This document shows positions 1-9,821 of a DNA stretch of 30,419 nt, piece by piece. The translations under genes and the position numbers were made by a program. The notes below the pieces were generated by a model. It did not search any database. It was not told the DNA's origin and was given only the letters and a program-made list of their open reading frames with translations. Within the stretch, counting starts at the first letter, position 1; each line of letters opens with the position of its first letter. The stretch is from a virus (taxonomy: Duplodnaviria > Caudoviricetes): positions 1-30,419 of IMG/VR virus record IMGVR_UViG_3300021356_000106, one strand, 5' to 3'.

Positions 1-1144
1 TAAAATTATGGCCGCGGCTACATCGGGTTCATCTATTCGTGGTCTTTCTATTAACTTACTATTCCTAGACGAGTTTGCGTTTGTAGAGAATGATGCACAA
101 TTCTATACATCAACTTATCCTGTGGTATCTTCTGGTAAAGATACAAAGGTTATTATTACCTCTACAGCAAATGGTATTGGTAATGTATATCATAAAATAT
201 GGGAAGGTGCTTCGCAGAGTACAAATGAATATAAACCGTTTCGAGTAGATTGGTGGGACGTACCAGGGCGTGATGAAGATTGGAAAAAAGAAACCATATC
301 CAATACATCCGAACTACAATTCGAGCAAGAATTTGGTAATACTTTCCATGGACGGGGTAATACCCTTATAGACGCAAATCACCTACTGGCACAGAAATCA
401 CTAGACCCTATAGAATATAAAGAGAATATTTGGATATACGAAACTCCACAGGAAAAACATGATTATGTGATGACGGTTGATGTAGCAAAGGGTAGAGGTC
501 AAGATTATTCTACATTTAATATTATTGATATAACAAAGAGACCTTTTGAGCAAGTGGTAGTATTTAGAGATAATAATATATCACCTATGTTATTACCAGA
601 TATTATTTACAAGTATGCAACTCATTATAATAAGGCATATGTGATTATAGAAAGTAATGACCAAGGTGCTGTAGTATGTAATGGATTATATTACGACCTA
701 GAATATGAAAATATGTTTGTAGAGTCAAATGTTAAATCAAATGCGTTAGGTGCTACAATGACTAGGCGAGTAAAAAGAATAGGTTGTTCTACAGTAAAGG
801 ACTTAATAGAACAAAAGAAATTGCTAATTAAAGACGCAAACACTATAGTAGAAATGAGTACATTTGTGAGTAGAGGAAATTCATATCAGGCCTCTGCAAG
901 TAACCATGATGATTTAATGATGAACTTAGTTATGTTTTCATGGTTTGTCACTACTGATATATTTGAAAGTATTTCAGATATTAATATGAAAGATATGTTA
1001 TATAAAGAACGATTAAAGGCAATACAAGATGATATGTTACCTTTCGGATTTATAGCAGATAATGAAGATTTACCCGCGCCAGAAAAACTTGGTGATGATA
1101 ATTTATGGTTTGAGCATGATGCATTTGATAAATTATTGCGGTAG
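1..1144 (+). CDS. gp17: Terminase large subunit (T4 gp17-like), 5'-truncated at window edge
   Basis: Frame is open from the window start. Walker B LLFLDEFAF, coupling motif ITSTANG, RNase H-like nuclease motifs DVAKGRGQDYS and HDDL. Lies immediately upstream of the tail sheath. Confidence 0.95.
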   Translation, partial: KIMAAATSGSSIRGLSINLLFLDEFAFVENDAQFYTSTYPVVSSGKDTKVIITSTANGIGNVYHKIWEGASQSTNEYKPFRVDWWDVPGRDEDWKKETISNTSELQFEQEFGNTFHGRGNTLIDANHLLAQKSLDPIEYKENIWIYETPQEKHDYVMTVDVAKGRGQDYSTFNIIDITKRPFEQVVVFRDNNISPMLLPDIIYKYATHYNKAYVIIESNDQGAVVCNGLYYDLEYENMFVESNVKSNALGATMTRRVKRIGCSTVKDLIEQKKLLIKDANTIVEMSTFVSRGNSYQASASNHDDLMMNLVMFSWFVTTDIFESISDINMKDMLYKERLKAIQDDMLPFGFIADNEDLPAPEKLGDDNLWFEHDAFDKLLR

Positions 1145-1156
1145 GATGTGGTTATT

Positions 1157-1164
1157 TATAAATA
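1157..1164 (+). promoter_or_regulatory. T4-type late promoter TATAAATA
   Basis: Exact gp55 consensus in the gp17-gp18 intergenic region. Confidence 0.85.
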
Positions 1165-1225
1165 AAAGTAGTGAAAATTCGTATAATGATAAACATATTA
1201 ACTAACTCAATGAGAGGATAAAGCG

Positions 1226-2932
1226 ATGGCATTTCAAGTATCACCAGGAGTTCAAGTCAATGAGGTAGATGCATCGGGTGTAGTACCCGCAGTATCAACC
1301 AGTATTGGTGGAATGACTGGGTCGTTTAATTGGGGTCCGGTAGCCGAGATTGTAACTGTTTCTTCGGAGAAAGAACTAGCAGAAACTTTTGGAGTACCAG
1401 ATTCTAATACTTACAAATATTTCCTCACGGCGGCATCATTTTTGAAGTATGGTGGCGCTCTTAAAGTAGTTCGAGCTAAGTCTGGGCATGACAATGCTAC
1501 AGCCGGTGGCGGTGGACTCTTTATAGGAAATGAAACTGATTATGAAAATAGAGGTAGTGTATCCGAAGGAGCTTGGGTTGCTAAATACCCAGGTGAATTA
1601 GGAAACAGTATCAGAGTATCAGTGTGTCCTGCAAATGCTACTGCATATGCAGCATGGGCACCAGCTGATAACTCACATCCTACATATAAGTCTGCATTAT
1701 CATATCAGGAAGCCCCAGGGACTTCTGATTATGCAACTGATTTAGGAAAGAGCGGTGCAGCGGATGAACTTCACGTTGTAGTAATCGACATCAACGGAGC
1801 GTGGTCTGGTAAAGAAGGAACTATCTTAGAAACTTTTGAATTCGTTTCTCAAGGTTCTGATGCTAAAAAGGCAGATGGTACTTCTAACTACTATGTAGAT
1901 GTTATTAACAATACTTCTGAATATATCAGATGGTTAGGTGCGCCTACAGGGTTAACCGACGCTGGTGATTCAATTGCTAATACTACTACATTTACTACAG
2001 TAACAGCCCCTATTGAAAATACATTATCTGGTGGTTCTGATGACAATACACCTACTGTTGGGGAGATCGATACTGGTCTTCAATTATTTGCAGATGCAGA
2101 TACAGTGGATGTAAACTTGTTATTCGGTTACCCTGATGCAGATGGTGCACAATCAATTGCTGACAGTCTTATTACTGTTGCAAAAAATAGAAAAGATTGT
2201 ATGGCATTTGTTTCACCACCTATTGAAGATTCAAGGGATGCAACTTCTCCAGATACAGCAGTAACTGGATGGGCTCAAGGATTAACTTCAACTTCATATG
2301 CGGCTGTAGATTCTTCTGCAGTTTATGTATATGACAAATACAATGATGTATATAGATGGATTGGTGCAGGCGGCCATCAGGCTGGTCTTTGTGCTAATAC
2401 CGATAATGTGGCTGACGCATGGTTCTCACCAGCTGGTGTAAATCGTGGCCAGATTTTAGGTGTTACCAAATTGGCATTTAATCCTACTAAAGCTCAAAGA
2501 GATGCTCTTTATAAAGATAGAGTAAATCCAATTGTATCATTACCTGGGCAAGGTACTGTTCTATTTGGAGATAAAACACTTCTTAAAAGACCATCTGCTT
2601 TTGATAGAATTAACGTCAGAAGATTATTCATTGTATTGGAAAAAGCTATTTCAACTGCGGCAGAGGCACAACTATTTGAATTCAATGACGAGTTTACTCG
2701 TGCACAATTTAGAAACTTGGTTGAACCTTTCCTTAGAGATGTTAAGGGCCGAAGAGGTGTAACAGACTTTGCAGTTGTATGTGACGAAACTAACAACACA
2801 AGTCAAGTTGTTGATGCTAATAGATTTGTAGCTGATATCTTTATCAAGCCTGCAAGATCAATTAACTTCATTACTCTTAACTTTGTGGCAACAAGAACCG
2901 GGGTCGATTTCTCTGAAATCGCTGGTGTATAA
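1226..2932 (+). CDS. gp18: Tail sheath protein
   Basis: N-terminus MAFQVSPGVQVNEVD, FNWGP, WFSPAG..RG, FDRINVRRLF, FEFND; SD GAGG; T4 synteny. Confidence 0.96.
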   Translation: MAFQVSPGVQVNEVDASGVVPAVSTSIGGMTGSFNWGPVAEIVTVSSEKELAETFGVPDSNTYKYFLTAASFLKYGGALKVVRAKSGHDNATAGGGGLFIGNETDYENRGSVSEGAWVAKYPGELGNSIRVSVCPANATAYAAWAPADNSHPTYKSALSYQEAPGTSDYATDLGKSGAADELHVVVIDINGAWSGKEGTILETFEFVSQGSDAKKADGTSNYYVDVINNTSEYIRWLGAPTGLTDAGDSIANTTTFTTVTAPIENTLSGGSDDNTPTVGEIDTGLQLFADADTVDVNLLFGYPDADGAQSIADSLITVAKNRKDCMAFVSPPIEDSRDATSPDTAVTGWAQGLTSTSYAAVDSSAVYVYDKYNDVYRWIGAGGHQAGLCANTDNVADAWFSPAGVNRGQILGVTKLAFNPTKAQRDALYKDRVNPIVSLPGQGTVLFGDKTLLKRPSAFDRINVRRLFIVLEKAISTAAEAQLFEFNDEFTRAQFRNLVEPFLRDVKGRRGVTDFAVVCDETNNTSQVVDANRFVADIFIKPARSINFITLNFVATRTGVDFSEIAGV

Positions 2933-2945
2933 AGGAGAATAGAAA

Positions 2946-3473
2946 ATGGCAATTTTAGGCGTAGACGATTTCAAATCCAAATTAACTGGAGGTGGTGCTC
3001 GTGCTAACATGTTTAAAGTAACATGTAATTTTCCTTCATACGCTCAAGGAGATGTTGAATTAACATCATTCTTGTGCAAAGGTGCTCAGATGCCTGCATC
3101 AATCATTGCTCCTATCATGGTTCCTTTCCGTGGTAGGCAGTTACAGATTGCTGGTGATAGAACCTTCGAACCTTGGACTGTTACAATCATTAATGATGTA
3201 AATTTCCAAGTTAGAGGTGCATTTGAGAGATGGATGAATGGCATTAATAACCACAATGAAAATACAGGATTATCTAATCCTACTGACTATCAGGCTGACA
3301 TGATTGTAGAACAATTAAATAAAGCTGGAGACGTCACTAAGAAGTATGATATCCGTGGTACTTTCCCTACTAACGTAAGTGCAATCGACCTTTCTTATGA
3401 ATCTGAAAATCAGATTGAAGAATTTACGGTTGAACTTCAAGTCCAGTATTGGGAGTCAGATACTACATCATAA
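2946..3473 (+). CDS. gp19: Tail tube protein
   Basis: GGARANMF, AGDRTFEPWTVT, IEEFTVEL motifs; follows the sheath gene; SD AAGGAG. Confidence 0.95.
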   Translation: MAILGVDDFKSKLTGGGARANMFKVTCNFPSYAQGDVELTSFLCKGAQMPASIIAPIMVPFRGRQLQIAGDRTFEPWTVTIINDVNFQVRGAFERWMNGINNHNENTGLSNPTDYQADMIVEQLNKAGDVTKKYDIRGTFPTNVSAIDLSYESENQIEEFTVELQVQYWESDTTS

Positions 3474-3480
3474 TTTGATG

Positions 3481-3488
3481 TATAAATA
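3481..3488 (+). promoter_or_regulatory. T4-type late promoter, followed by a GGAGGGA/TCCCTCC hairpin (~3498-3517)
   Basis: Exact TATAAATA upstream of the portal gene; 7-bp stem downstream. Confidence 0.8.
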
Positions 3489-3538
3489 TAATAGACGGAG
3501 GGATTTATTTCCCTCCCGATATTATTGAGGAAAAGAAT

Positions 3539-5026
3539 ATGGCAGAATTTTTTGGTTTTGAGATTAAAAGAAAATCAGAAGAGCCTATAAGGCCTTCTTT
3601 TGTTCCTAATACCGACGAAGACGGCAGTGGTGTAATTACTACCGGCGGACACTTTGGCGCGTATTTAGATTTAGATGGTGATAAGGCCAAAAACGAAATT
3701 GATTTAATCTATAAGTATAGAGACATTGCATCACAACCAGAATGTGATGCTGCAATTGAAGACATTGTTAATGAATCAATTATAGGAGATAATGATGAAT
3801 CTCCTGTGAATCTTGTTCTGGATAAATTAGATATTTCTGATAAGATTAAAGAATCTATTAAGAATGAATTTGAAACGATACTGCAATTATTAAACTTTAA
3901 TTCATATGCACATGATATTTACAGAAAGTGGTATATTGATGGAAGATTACCGTATCACATTATTATTGATACTAAATCCCCTAAACAGGGTATTAAAGAG
4001 TTAAGATATATTGATCCTACTAAACTTAGAAAAGTAAAAGAGGTAGAAGAAGAACAAGATCCAAAGACTGGTGCTAAAATCGTAAAGAGTGAACAAGAAT
4101 ACTTTTTGTTCCAAGATAAAAAGATGAATAGTGCAGGTCAAGGATTAAAGATACATCCAGATGCAATATGTTATGCAACTTCTGGTATGTTGGATCCACA
4201 AAGGAAAAGGATTCTATCTTACTTACATAAGGCAATTAAACCTGTTAACCAATTAAGAATGATGGAAGATTCTTTGGTTATCTACAGAATTAGTAGAGCG
4301 CCAGAAAGAAGGATTTTCTACATTGACGTTGGTAACTTACCTAAGGGTAAGGCAGAAGAATACCTAAAAGGTATTATGAGTCAATATAGAAATAAATTGG
4401 TATATGACGCGAAGACTGGCGATATCAAAGATGATAGAAAACATATGTCAATGTTGGAAGATTTCTTCTTGCCTAGAAGAGAAGGCGGAAGAGGTACTGA
4501 AATATCTACACTACCCGGCGGAGAAAATCTGGGCCAGATAGATGATATTATATACTTCCAAAAGAAATTATATAAGTCACTTAATGTTCCTGTCAACAGA
4601 TTAGAGCAAGAATCCCAGTTTACTTTAGGTAGAAGTACTGAGATTACAAGGGACGAAGTTAAATTTAAGAAGTTTGTTGATAGATTAAGAAAAAGATTTT
4701 CTGATTTATTCATGCAATTGCTTAAAACTCAATTAATACTAAAAGGTATTATTACTGAACGTGATTGGAAAGAATGGAAATCATATATTGCTTATGATTA
4801 TATTGAAGATAATTACTTCTCAGAACTGAAGGAAGCAGAAATGATGCGAGAAAGGTTTGAGATGTTAGGGACTGTGGATGAATATGCTGGTAAGTATGTA
4901 TCCATTGAATGGATTGCTAAGAATGTTCTTAAAATGGATGATGATTCCATGAAGGAAATGGAAGATCAGATTAAGAAAGAGAAGGAATCCGGTGCTCAAG
5001 GCGATGATGACGACCTTGACTTTTAA
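3539..5026 (+). CDS. gp20: Portal vertex protein
   Basis: YRISRAPERRIFYIDVGNLPKGKAEEYL and MLEDFFLPRREGGRGTEISTLPGG are hallmark gp20 motifs. Confidence 0.97.
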   Translation: MAEFFGFEIKRKSEEPIRPSFVPNTDEDGSGVITTGGHFGAYLDLDGDKAKNEIDLIYKYRDIASQPECDAAIEDIVNESIIGDNDESPVNLVLDKLDISDKIKESIKNEFETILQLLNFNSYAHDIYRKWYIDGRLPYHIIIDTKSPKQGIKELRYIDPTKLRKVKEVEEEQDPKTGAKIVKSEQEYFLFQDKKMNSAGQGLKIHPDAICYATSGMLDPQRKRILSYLHKAIKPVNQLRMMEDSLVIYRISRAPERRIFYIDVGNLPKGKAEEYLKGIMSQYRNKLVYDAKTGDIKDDRKHMSMLEDFFLPRREGGRGTEISTLPGGENLGQIDDIIYFQKKLYKSLNVPVNRLEQESQFTLGRSTEITRDEVKFKKFVDRLRKRFSDLFMQLLKTQLILKGIITERDWKEWKSYIAYDYIEDNYFSELKEAEMMRERFEMLGTVDEYAGKYVSIEWIAKNVLKMDDDSMKEMEDQIKKEKESGAQGDDDDLDF

Positions 5027-5031
5027 TTTTT

Positions 5032-5039
5032 TATAAATA
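5032..5039 (+). promoter_or_regulatory. T4-type late promoter
   Basis: TATAAATA just after the gp20 stop codon. Confidence 0.85.
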
Positions 5040-5059
5040 TATACTAGGAGAACTAAATA

Positions 5060-5233
5060 ATGACTACAATTAATGATTTAATTGACAATGTTGGTAAAGG
5101 TGATAACGTAGCGGCTGGTAAGGCCTTTGATACAGTTATTGCACAGAAATTACAGGCAGCATTAGATGCAAAGAAAATTGATATTGCATCTAGTATTGGA
5201 AAGAAAGAATCTTCGGAAGACGAAGAGGTATAA
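5060..5233 (+). CDS. gp67: Small prohead core protein (gp67-like), 57 aa, not in ORF track
   Basis: Manual translation MTTINDLIDNVGKGDNVAAGKAFDTVIAQKLQAALDAKKIDIASSIGKKESSEDEEV; SD AGGAG; acidic tail; occupies the gene 67 position between gp20 and gp21. Confidence 0.75.
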   Translation: MTTINDLIDNVGKGDNVAAGKAFDTVIAQKLQAALDAKKIDIASSIGKKESSEDEEV

Positions 5234-5236
5234 TAA

Positions 5237-5470
5237 ATGCAAACATTTGTAGAACTGCGAGAAAGACTAAAACTTGCATCCGGCGAGAAACAAGTAAAGT
5301 CAATGAAGGGCGGTAAGAGAAAGAATGTGGATATTGTAATTGCACAGAAGGGCAAAAATTACAGTGTCTATATTAATGGCGATAAACTGGATGACAGTTT
5401 TAAGAGCACTAAAGATGCAGAAAAATCTGCAAATGATTTTATAAAGTTAATGGGAGAAGAACTAGAATGA
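5237..5470 (+). CDS. Prohead core protein (gp68 position)
   Basis: 77 aa; ATGA overlap with gp21; synteny with T4 gene 68. Confidence 0.6.
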   Translation: MQTFVELRERLKLASGEKQVKSMKGGKRKNVDIVIAQKGKNYSVYINGDKLDDSFKSTKDAEKSANDFIKLMGEELE

Positions 5471-6123
5471 GGCTGATATCAGAGTATCATGATAGTAACC
5501 TTCAGGTTATTACAGAAAAGACAAAAGATGGCAAAAAATCATATGTCATCGAAGGTGTCTTTATGCAAGCCGAACAGAAGAATAGAAACGGCAGAGTATA
5601 TGAAAAAGATATACTTGAAAAAGCAGTAGACAAATATGTAACAGAACAAGTAGAGACTGGTAGAGCGGTTGGTGAATTAAATCACCCAGATGGGCCGACT
5701 ATCAATCTCGATAAAGTTTCACACAAGATCACAGAACTTTCTTGGAAAGGAAATGATGTTGTTGGAAAGGCATCAATACTTAATACCCCTATGGGACAAA
5801 TAGTCGAAGGACTACTCGAAGGTGGAGTTAAGCTTGGTGTATCAAGTCGTGGTATGGGAACTCTTGTAAATAAGCAAGGTGCATCGTATGTAGGTAAAGA
5901 TTTTATGTTATCTACAGTGGATATCGTTCAAGACCCATCTGCTCCAGGGGCGTTTGTCAATGGACTTATGGAAGGTGTTGAATGGGTATGGAATAACGGT
6001 GTACTGCAACCACAAGAGATTGAAGAAATTGAGACTGAAATCAAAGAGGCTCGAGGCATTGGTAATCCTAATGTTGAGATTAAAGCTTTTAAGAATTTCC
6101 TCTCTAAACTTGTAAATTCTTAA
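5467..6123 (+). CDS. gp21: Prohead core protease
   Basis: NRNGRVY, GELNHP, GVSSRGMG and DIVQDPSAPGA motifs. Confidence 0.95.
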   Translation: MRLISEYHDSNLQVITEKTKDGKKSYVIEGVFMQAEQKNRNGRVYEKDILEKAVDKYVTEQVETGRAVGELNHPDGPTINLDKVSHKITELSWKGNDVVGKASILNTPMGQIVEGLLEGGVKLGVSSRGMGTLVNKQGASYVGKDFMLSTVDIVQDPSAPGAFVNGLMEGVEWVWNNGVLQPQEIEEIETEIKEARGIGNPNVEIKAFKNFLSKLVNS

Positions 6124-6138
6124 TAGAGGAGAATACAA

Positions 6139-7326
6139 ATGTCAATAGACGAAATTAAAAATGAAAATGATTTAGTTTCCGAAGACATTCAACAAGATGC
6201 TGAAGAGCTTAATCAAGAAGAGCTCGTTGAAGACGAACAAGTTGAAAACGAGGAAACTCTTGAAGAAGGTAAGCACAAGAAAGGTAAGTACGAGTCTGAG
6301 TCAGATGATGACGACGAAGACGAGGACGAAGTCAAAGAAGAATCTGATGACGAAGACGATGAGGACGAAGAGCCTGAAGTCAAAGAAATCTCAATTCCTA
6401 AGACTAAAGCCGGTGTTATCTCAGCAGCAGTTGAAATGTTGAAGAAAGCTAGAAAGGAAGATGCGCAAAAACTTTTTGCAAAAATGGCTAAAGTTGACGA
6501 AATGGAAGATTCTGAAAAGAAATCTATCGATGACGTTGATAAAGCAGTTAAAGCAGCACCTCAGAAGAAGGCAGAAATTAAGGCAAAAGCTAAAGTTGAA
6601 GCCGTTGATTTTGAAGAGGATTTAGATGCAGTGATTGCTGAAGAGGCTACATTGTCTGATGGGTTCCGTGGTAAAGCAGGTGCAATTTTTGAAGCTGTAC
6701 TTACAAGTAAGTTGGCTCAGGAAGTGGACAGGTTAGAAACTGAATACGCGCAAAATCTTGAAGAAGAAGTAACAGACGTTAAAAACGAATTAGTTGAGAA
6801 AGTTGATTCTTACTTAAACTATGTAGTTTCTAATTGGATGTCTGAGAATGAAGTCGCAGTAACAGAAGGTCTTAGGGCTGAACTTGCTGAAGAATTCATG
6901 GCTTCTTTACAAACAGTGTTCAAAGAACATTATATCGAAGTGCCTGAAGGTAAGGTGGACTTAGTAGATGAATTATCTGCACAAGTTACTGAGCTTGAAG
7001 AATCTTTAAATAAAACCACAGAGGATAATATTAAACTACACGAATCAGTTCAAACTTTGGAGAGAGCTGAAGTAGTAAGAGAACAATCCTCAGGGCTTGC
7101 AGACACAGAGGCTGAAAAGTTGGCTTCTTTAGTTGAAGATATTGAGTACGATAACAAAGATAACTTTGAAATGAAGGTTAAAGTTGTTAAAGAATCATAC
7201 TTCACTAAAGAAATTAATGAATCGGCTGATGAAGTATCTAGTGTAGCAGGAACTGACGAGGCTCCGGTCGAAATCAGTGATGTTATGGACAGATACTCCC
7301 AAGCTATATCTAAACTAAATAAGTAA
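6139..7326 (+). CDS. gp22: Prohead core scaffolding protein
   Basis: Acidic coiled-coil protein with KVDSYLNYVVSNW and FKEHYIEVP; lies between gp21 and gp23. Confidence 0.9.
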   Translation: MSIDEIKNENDLVSEDIQQDAEELNQEELVEDEQVENEETLEEGKHKKGKYESESDDDDEDEDEVKEESDDEDDEDEEPEVKEISIPKTKAGVISAAVEMLKKARKEDAQKLFAKMAKVDEMEDSEKKSIDDVDKAVKAAPQKKAEIKAKAKVEAVDFEEDLDAVIAEEATLSDGFRGKAGAIFEAVLTSKLAQEVDRLETEYAQNLEEEVTDVKNELVEKVDSYLNYVVSNWMSENEVAVTEGLRAELAEEFMASLQTVFKEHYIEVPEGKVDLVDELSAQVTELEESLNKTTEDNIKLHESVQTLERAEVVREQSSGLADTEAEKLASLVEDIEYDNKDNFEMKVKVVKESYFTKEINESADEVSSVAGTDEAPVEISDVMDRYSQAISKLNK

Positions 7327-7345
7327 TCTAATAGGGGAAACAAAA

Positions 7346-8680
7346 ATGTTTAACGCAGATTCAAACTTAATGGAAAAATGGTCTCCCGTCCTAGAACACA
7401 GCGATGTGCCTTCTATCGACGACAAGCACAAGAAAGCTACTGTAGCTAGATTGTTGGAGAACCAAGAAAACGCTCTTAGAGAAGAAAGAGCACACTCGCA
7501 GGGTAACTTCTTAAACGAAGCAGCTGCTGCAAACAACCAGGCAGGTAGTGACATCGCTACTTTTGATCCTGTTCTTATCTCTTTGGTAAGAAGAGCAATG
7601 CCTAACCTCATCGCATATGATATCGCTGGTGTACAACCAATGACTGGTCCTACTGGACTTATCTTTGCAATGAAATCAAGATACAGTGCACAAGATGGTA
7701 CAGAAGCACTTCATAACGAAGCTGATTCTGGATTCTCTGGTACTGGTACTCAACAAGCAGGACCTACTGGTCTTGAAGGTGTAACTGACGCTGATACTGA
7801 TGGAGACATCGGTGATGAAGCAGATATCGTTAACACATTCGGTGAAGCAATGTCTACAGACGCTGCTGAAAGATTGGGTGTTGGCGAAACTGGTGACGGT
7901 TCTTTCGGTGAGATGGCTTTCTCAATCGAAAAGGCAACTGTTACTGCTAAGTCAAGAGCGCTTAAAGCTGAGTACACAATGGAACTAGCACAAGACCTTA
8001 AAGCAATCCACGGTCTTGACGCTGAAGCTGAACTTGCAAACATTCTATCTGCAGAAATTCTTGCAGAAATCAACAGAGAGTTGATTAGAACTGTTTACAC
8101 TAAAGCTAATCTTGGTGCACAAACTTCTAACGTTGCTACTAAAGGTGTCTTCGATGTTGACACTGACAGTGACGGCAGATGGATGGCTGAGAAGTTCAAA
8201 GGTCTTATTATGCAAATCGAAAGAGAGTCTAATAAGATTGCTTTAGACACAAGAAGAGGCAAAGGTAACTTTGTATTAGTATCTTCAGACGTAGCTTCTG
8301 CTCTTGCAGCTGCTGGTATGATGGACTACTCTCCTGCATTGTCTACTTCACTAAATGTTGACGATACTGGTAATACTTTTGCTGGTGTTCTTAACGGAAG
8401 AATCAAAGTTTATGTTGATCCTTATGCAACTGCTAACTTTGTATGTGTCGGTTATAGAGGTGCAAACCCTTACGACGCAGGTCTTTTCTACTGCCCATAC
8501 GTTCCTTTAACTATGGTTAAAGCAGTTGGTGAGAATGACTTCCAACCAAGAATCGGATTCAAGACAAGATATGGAATGCAACAGAACCCATTCGTGGGAA
8601 CTGCAGCAGGTGCTGGAACTAACCGTTCTAACCCATACTTCAGAATCTTCAGAGTTGACGACCTTATGGTTTCTGCATAA
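7346..8680 (+). CDS. gp23: Major capsid protein
   Basis: LVRRAMPNLIAYDIAGVQPMTGPTGLIFAM, AKSRALKAEYT, YCPYVPL, FQPRIGFKTRYG. Confidence 0.98.
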   Translation: MFNADSNLMEKWSPVLEHSDVPSIDDKHKKATVARLLENQENALREERAHSQGNFLNEAAAANNQAGSDIATFDPVLISLVRRAMPNLIAYDIAGVQPMTGPTGLIFAMKSRYSAQDGTEALHNEADSGFSGTGTQQAGPTGLEGVTDADTDGDIGDEADIVNTFGEAMSTDAAERLGVGETGDGSFGEMAFSIEKATVTAKSRALKAEYTMELAQDLKAIHGLDAEAELANILSAEILAEINRELIRTVYTKANLGAQTSNVATKGVFDVDTDSDGRWMAEKFKGLIMQIERESNKIALDTRRGKGNFVLVSSDVASALAAAGMMDYSPALSTSLNVDDTGNTFAGVLNGRIKVYVDPYATANFVCVGYRGANPYDAGLFYCPYVPLTMVKAVGENDFQPRIGFKTRYGMQQNPFVGTAAGAGTNRSNPYFRIFRVDDLMVSA

Positions 8681-8702
8681 GAATCGTACACTTGATTCGA
8701 CT

Positions 8703-8730
8703 AAGGGGACTCTTCGGAGTCCCTTTTTTT
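8703..8730 (+). terminator. Rho-independent terminator with cUUCGg loop
   Basis: GGGACTC-TTCG-GAGTCCC followed by a T run, after gp23. Confidence 0.92.
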
Positions 8731-8748
8731 ATCCGTAAAATTTAGCCT

Positions 8749-8756
8749 TATAAATA
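8749..8756 (+). promoter_or_regulatory. T4-type late promoter
   Basis: TATAAATA downstream of the gp23 terminator. Confidence 0.85.
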
Positions 8757-8761
8757 AAAGA

Positions 8762-8854
8762 ATGGAAGAAAAAGAAAAGGTAGAAGACGGCCGCTGGAAT
8801 TGGTGGGGTATGGTAAACATAGAAGAGGAAGAAGATGACACTGACGACGAATAA
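8762..8854 (+). CDS. Putative 30-aa leaderless acidic peptide
   Basis: MEEKEKVEDGRWNWWGMVNIEEEEDDTDDE; ATG begins 6 nt after the last base of TATAAATA; overlaps the gp3 start. Confidence 0.5.
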   Translation: MEEKEKVEDGRWNWWGMVNIEEEEDDTDDE

Positions 8855-9302
8855 AAACTTTTTAAGTCCTGTAGGGTTTCAATTTAAGGTAAATGCACAA
8901 CAGTTTCCTAATGTGGAGTATTTCTGTACTGCAGTTACACTTCCAAGTATCTCTTTAACAGAAGCAACTGTACCTTATCGTGGTGCAAATCTTGGTATGA
9001 CAGGGGATAGAATAAACTTTGATGAACTTGCTATTCGTTTTAATGTAACCGAAGACATGGATAATTACATAGAAATGTTTAATTGGATGCATAATATCAT
9101 TAAAGACCCTAAAGGAGAATCATACAAGTTTGATGCTACTCTATCCATACTGACTTCTCACAATAACGTAAGTAGAGAAGTAACATTCAGTGATTGTTTT
9201 CCTACATCACTTTCTGCAATAGAATTTTCTACACAACAAACTGACATTGAATATCTACAGGCAGACGCTAGTTTTAAATATACTTACTTTGAAATTAAAT
9301 AA
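8835..9302 (+). CDS. gp3: Tail completion / sheath stabilizer (gp3-like)
   Basis: NFLSPVGFQF, YFCTAVTLP, FNVTEDMDNY, DCFPTSLS; the gp23-gp3-uvsY-uvsW order is typical of non-T-even T4-like phages. Confidence 0.85.
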   Translation: MTLTTNKNFLSPVGFQFKVNAQQFPNVEYFCTAVTLPSISLTEATVPYRGANLGMTGDRINFDELAIRFNVTEDMDNYIEMFNWMHNIIKDPKGESYKFDATLSILTSHNNVSREVTFSDCFPTSLSAIEFSTQQTDIEYLQADASFKYTYFEIK

Positions 9303-9305
9303 TGG

Positions 9306-9334
9306 TTTACATTTGTCTTGTTTTGTAGTATAAT
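9306..9334 (+). promoter_or_regulatory. sigma70-like promoter for uvsY
   Basis: TTTACA-17 bp-TATAAT. Confidence 0.8.
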
Positions 9335-9374
9335 AGTACTTAAAACAGAACATTCTTAAACCAGGGATTACATT

Positions 9375-9821
9375 ATGAATAATTTAGAAAAGATACTAGA
9401 AATGTGGAAAAAGGATTCTCCTATAGATGATATGCGTCTTGATGAGTCCTCTAGGGATTCCGCAAAACTACACGCCAAATACCTAGAACTCTATAGTGTA
9501 AATAAAATCAAGTTAAAGAAGCTCGATCTGGACTTTAAAGTAATCCTTAGAGACAAATTTATGCACTATAATGGTAAATTATCCAAAGAAGAAATGGATG
9601 AAAAGGGATGGGACTATGATCCATTGAATGGTCTCACAGTACTTAAAGGTGATATGGATAAGTGGTATGATGCAGATCCTATCATACAAGAACATCAAGC
9701 CAAGATGGAATACCAAAAAGAAATCTGTGATACTCTAAAAGAGATTATGGAGAATATTAAATGGCGACATCAGAATATCAAGAATATGATTGAGTGGAGA
9801 AAATTCACAAGTGGAATTTAA
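9375..9821 (+). CDS. uvsY: Recombination mediator UvsY
   Basis: WKKDSPID..LHAKYL, C-terminal IKNMIEWRKFTSG; synteny. Confidence 0.88.
   Translation: MNNLEKILEMWKKDSPIDDMRLDESSRDSAKLHAKYLELYSVNKIKLKKLDLDFKVILRDKFMHYNGKLSKEEMDEKGWDYDPLNGLTVLKGDMDKWYDADPIIQEHQAKMEYQKEICDTLKEIMENIKWRHQNIKNMIEWRKFTSGI

Noticed and set aside
6290-6385. GAY/GAR-rich quasi-repeats in gp22
   Set aside because: This is low-complexity Asp/Glu coding sequence typical of scaffold proteins, not a DNA repeat element.
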